Below the pieces are notes generated by a model. The model was not told the origin of the DNA. It did not search any database and saw only the letters and a list, made by a program, of their open reading frames with translations. From contig NC_068992.1 in NCBI RefSeq assembly GCF_001194135.2, forward strand, positions 20,012,987 to 20,049,749: a DNA stretch of 36,763 nt, given 5' to 3'. The stretch comes from Octopus bimaculoides. Taxonomy: Eukaryota. A program made the position numbers and the translations under genes. This document shows positions 34,421-36,763 of the stretch, one piece after another (positions within the stretch are counted from its first letter, which is position 1; every line of letters starts with the position of its first letter).

Positions 34421-36094
34421 CTTTCTTTCTCCTTGCGATTCTTCTCTTTCGCCTTCTATTCGTTTCCCCACCTCATTACATTTCTCCATCCTATTTATAT
34501 ACGTATCCACTGTCTTGATCCCCGCCCCACAGATCCATCCCGTATATTCAACTTCATTTCTTTCCCCTTTTTCTTTCCTCCTGATACTTTCATGTAAAGA
34601 TATGATAGGCGCACAATATAATAGCATGACTTTGATACAAGTCTGAGGAAGTGCCTCTCCAATTCCCAAAACCTCATATATTACGTAATGTTTCTTTTTA
34701 CTAGTGTTGCAAATGGGGACAGTACAGAAACATGTGTAACTTATAATTAAAGATGTGTTAATGAATTTTCTTTATCTTCTTCTTTTCATTGGATTATTTA
34801 CTTTTCGCTAAACCATATGGCGGTATGATCGTCGTGAAGTATTCCGACCTTGGCTTGAACCCAGCTCTTTCACTTTCTCCATTTCTCTCTCACTCACTCT
34901 CTCTCCCGCACATCCCCCCTTTCTCTATCAGTTAATCTTTCTATCCATCCGTGTCTCGCTCCAGCTTCCACATCCTATGTGTTCCGCTGGACAAAGTTTC
35001 TAACGGCTGACAGTTTGTCTATGGCTACCCGTCATTTCTTACTCATCCCCCAAATTATCTGATCTATATTATACACAAGGAATTCATAGTCTCTTGTCAG
35101 TAACAATATTGTGTTAATTTAATTTATTTCCTTTGTTTGTATAATCTTAGGGGAGCAATATTCTCTCGCGATACTCTAGGCCAAGGCGTATCCAATTATG
35201 GGCAAACTGTGTCCCGCACGAAATTCTGAATGGCACACCTAACGAAATATCCTTTATATATGTGTAGTAGTGTGGTAAGCCTGATGATCACCCATGTCTC
35301 ATACAGCCCACATCTGGAAAAAAGCTAAGAGTCATTCAAATAAATCTATAGATTTAGGTATCAGATTTATAATGATGGACTTAGATAATGACGAATGCAA
35401 ATTTACACAACTTATATATAAAGTTTCATGTGAAGAAACATTATGTAATGATAGCTGCCTTCGTGCTTGTTAGGTAATACGTATTGTTGTTATGATACTT
35501 ATATCTCATAGGGGAAGAATTAATTATATATTTCAAACTTTTAGTGTATTTCATTTATTTTATCTTATAGAAATTTTATTATCTTGAAAATTGGCAAATT
35601 TCCAAAAGAAACTGACATTTGACGAATTTGCATGAATCTATCGAGTGAAATTATTATTATAAAAGTAAAACTATTATGCAAAACATTAATATATTTGAAA
35701 TAAGATTGCTCTTTCATAACATTCATATTTGCTTACATTTTTATTTACGTATATTTTTGCTAGACTAACCATTCTTTTAGACTTGCTTCTTTTTGTAGAT
35801 GTATTTACTGCCTTTGAAGTGAATTTGTCATGAGGTTTCTTTGATATAGTCTAAGAAACAAATATTATTATTATTGTACATCGGTATAAACACGCAATGA
35901 TATTCTCACAAATATATATAATGATAATAAACAAATAAATCAAAAACAAAACACGATAATCAAAACATGTTTTCGTTTATCTAGCTCAACGTCTGAGCTC
36001 TCTACTCATGTGAATACAGGTGTAAGTTTACAGTTAATTTTTCGTATATAATTAATTGTAAAAATATTGTAATATGACTTCTAATAACGGTGTT

Positions 36095-36179
36095 GTATAC
36101 ACACATCCACACTCACACTCACAGACACACTCACAGACACACACTTACATATATACACGTTTTGAATATATTTATATAT

Positions 36180-36250
<71 letters not shown>

Positions 36251-36290
36251 CACACACATCTGTATATATGTGCGTGTGTGTTTATGAAAT
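36095..36290. repeat. Compound (CA)n/(TA)n microsatellite
   Basis: Directly visible. Confidence 0.9.
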
Positions 36291-36529
36291 TCTCATTCTA
36301 TAATAGTTTTAAATAAGTTCTATAATTAACCATGTAGGCATACATGTTTACTAAGTGTACTCAAGAGATAAACTCACGTATTCCTAGGATGAAATTTAAG
36401 ATATATGCTATGAAGTGTTCCTCTCGTATGTATGCCTACATGCATAAACCCACGCACACAGACGGACAGACAGACTCACACACAGACACACATGTGTGTG
36501 TGCGTATATATATGTATACTAATACTCAT

Positions 36530-36675
36530 GTCTGGAAAGCAACAACTTTGGTTCCCAATCACATGGTTCTGGATTCCATCACTCTGCATGGCAAATTGGG
36601 AAGATGTCTTCTGCTATACCCTTGGGATGACTAAATCCTTGTGACTGGAACTGGTAGATGAAGCCAGTTGTATGT
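36530..36675 (+). mobile_element. SINE family A head fragment, diverged
   Basis: CCAATCACATGGTTCTGGATTCCATC..GCATGGCAAATTGGG..TGTCTTCTGCTATA..CCTTGTGA.TGGA..TGGTAGATG. Confidence 0.7.
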
Positions 36676-36763
36676 GAATGCATAGGCGTGGTTCGGGATC
36701 GCGAACAGCAAGCTACATCATTCAACCCATGATTGCGTCACTGCGGAAGCGTTATCTCGCCCA

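Noticed and set aside
34127-34677. Poly-Ser/Leu/Phe/Arg ORFs
   Set aside because: (CTT)n microsatellite.

Overview
AT-rich, repeat-dense animal DNA. The three recurring tRNA-derived SINE families match what I recognise as Octopus SINEs, so the source is probably an octopus short-read assembly (inference). Ten N-gaps are present, most bordered by microsatellites. There is no complete protein-coding gene, rRNA, tRNA or CRISPR array, and almost all ORF-track entries are microsatellite, gap or transposon artefacts. Well-supported content: about 14 SINE copies; a 3' fragment of an R4/Dong-like non-LTR retrotransposon (zinc knuckle plus restriction-like endonuclease); a decayed Tigger/pogo transposase interrupted by a mariner derivative and a SINE with a 15-bp TSD; a mariner-type MITE; and a possible Gypsy gag-protease relic. 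Most interesting observations: (1) a near-identical 256-bp copy of nearby sequence inserted inside an old SINE; (2) a mariner element made of two 5' ends facing each other; (3) a tandemly repeated segment inside the Tigger transposase; (4) a pre-miRNA-like hairpin and a roughly 97-bp palindrome; (5) a candidate transmembrane-coding exon and a YY1/ATG motif that hint at a minus-strand host gene. I see no firm evidence of a new biological system; these are leads to test.
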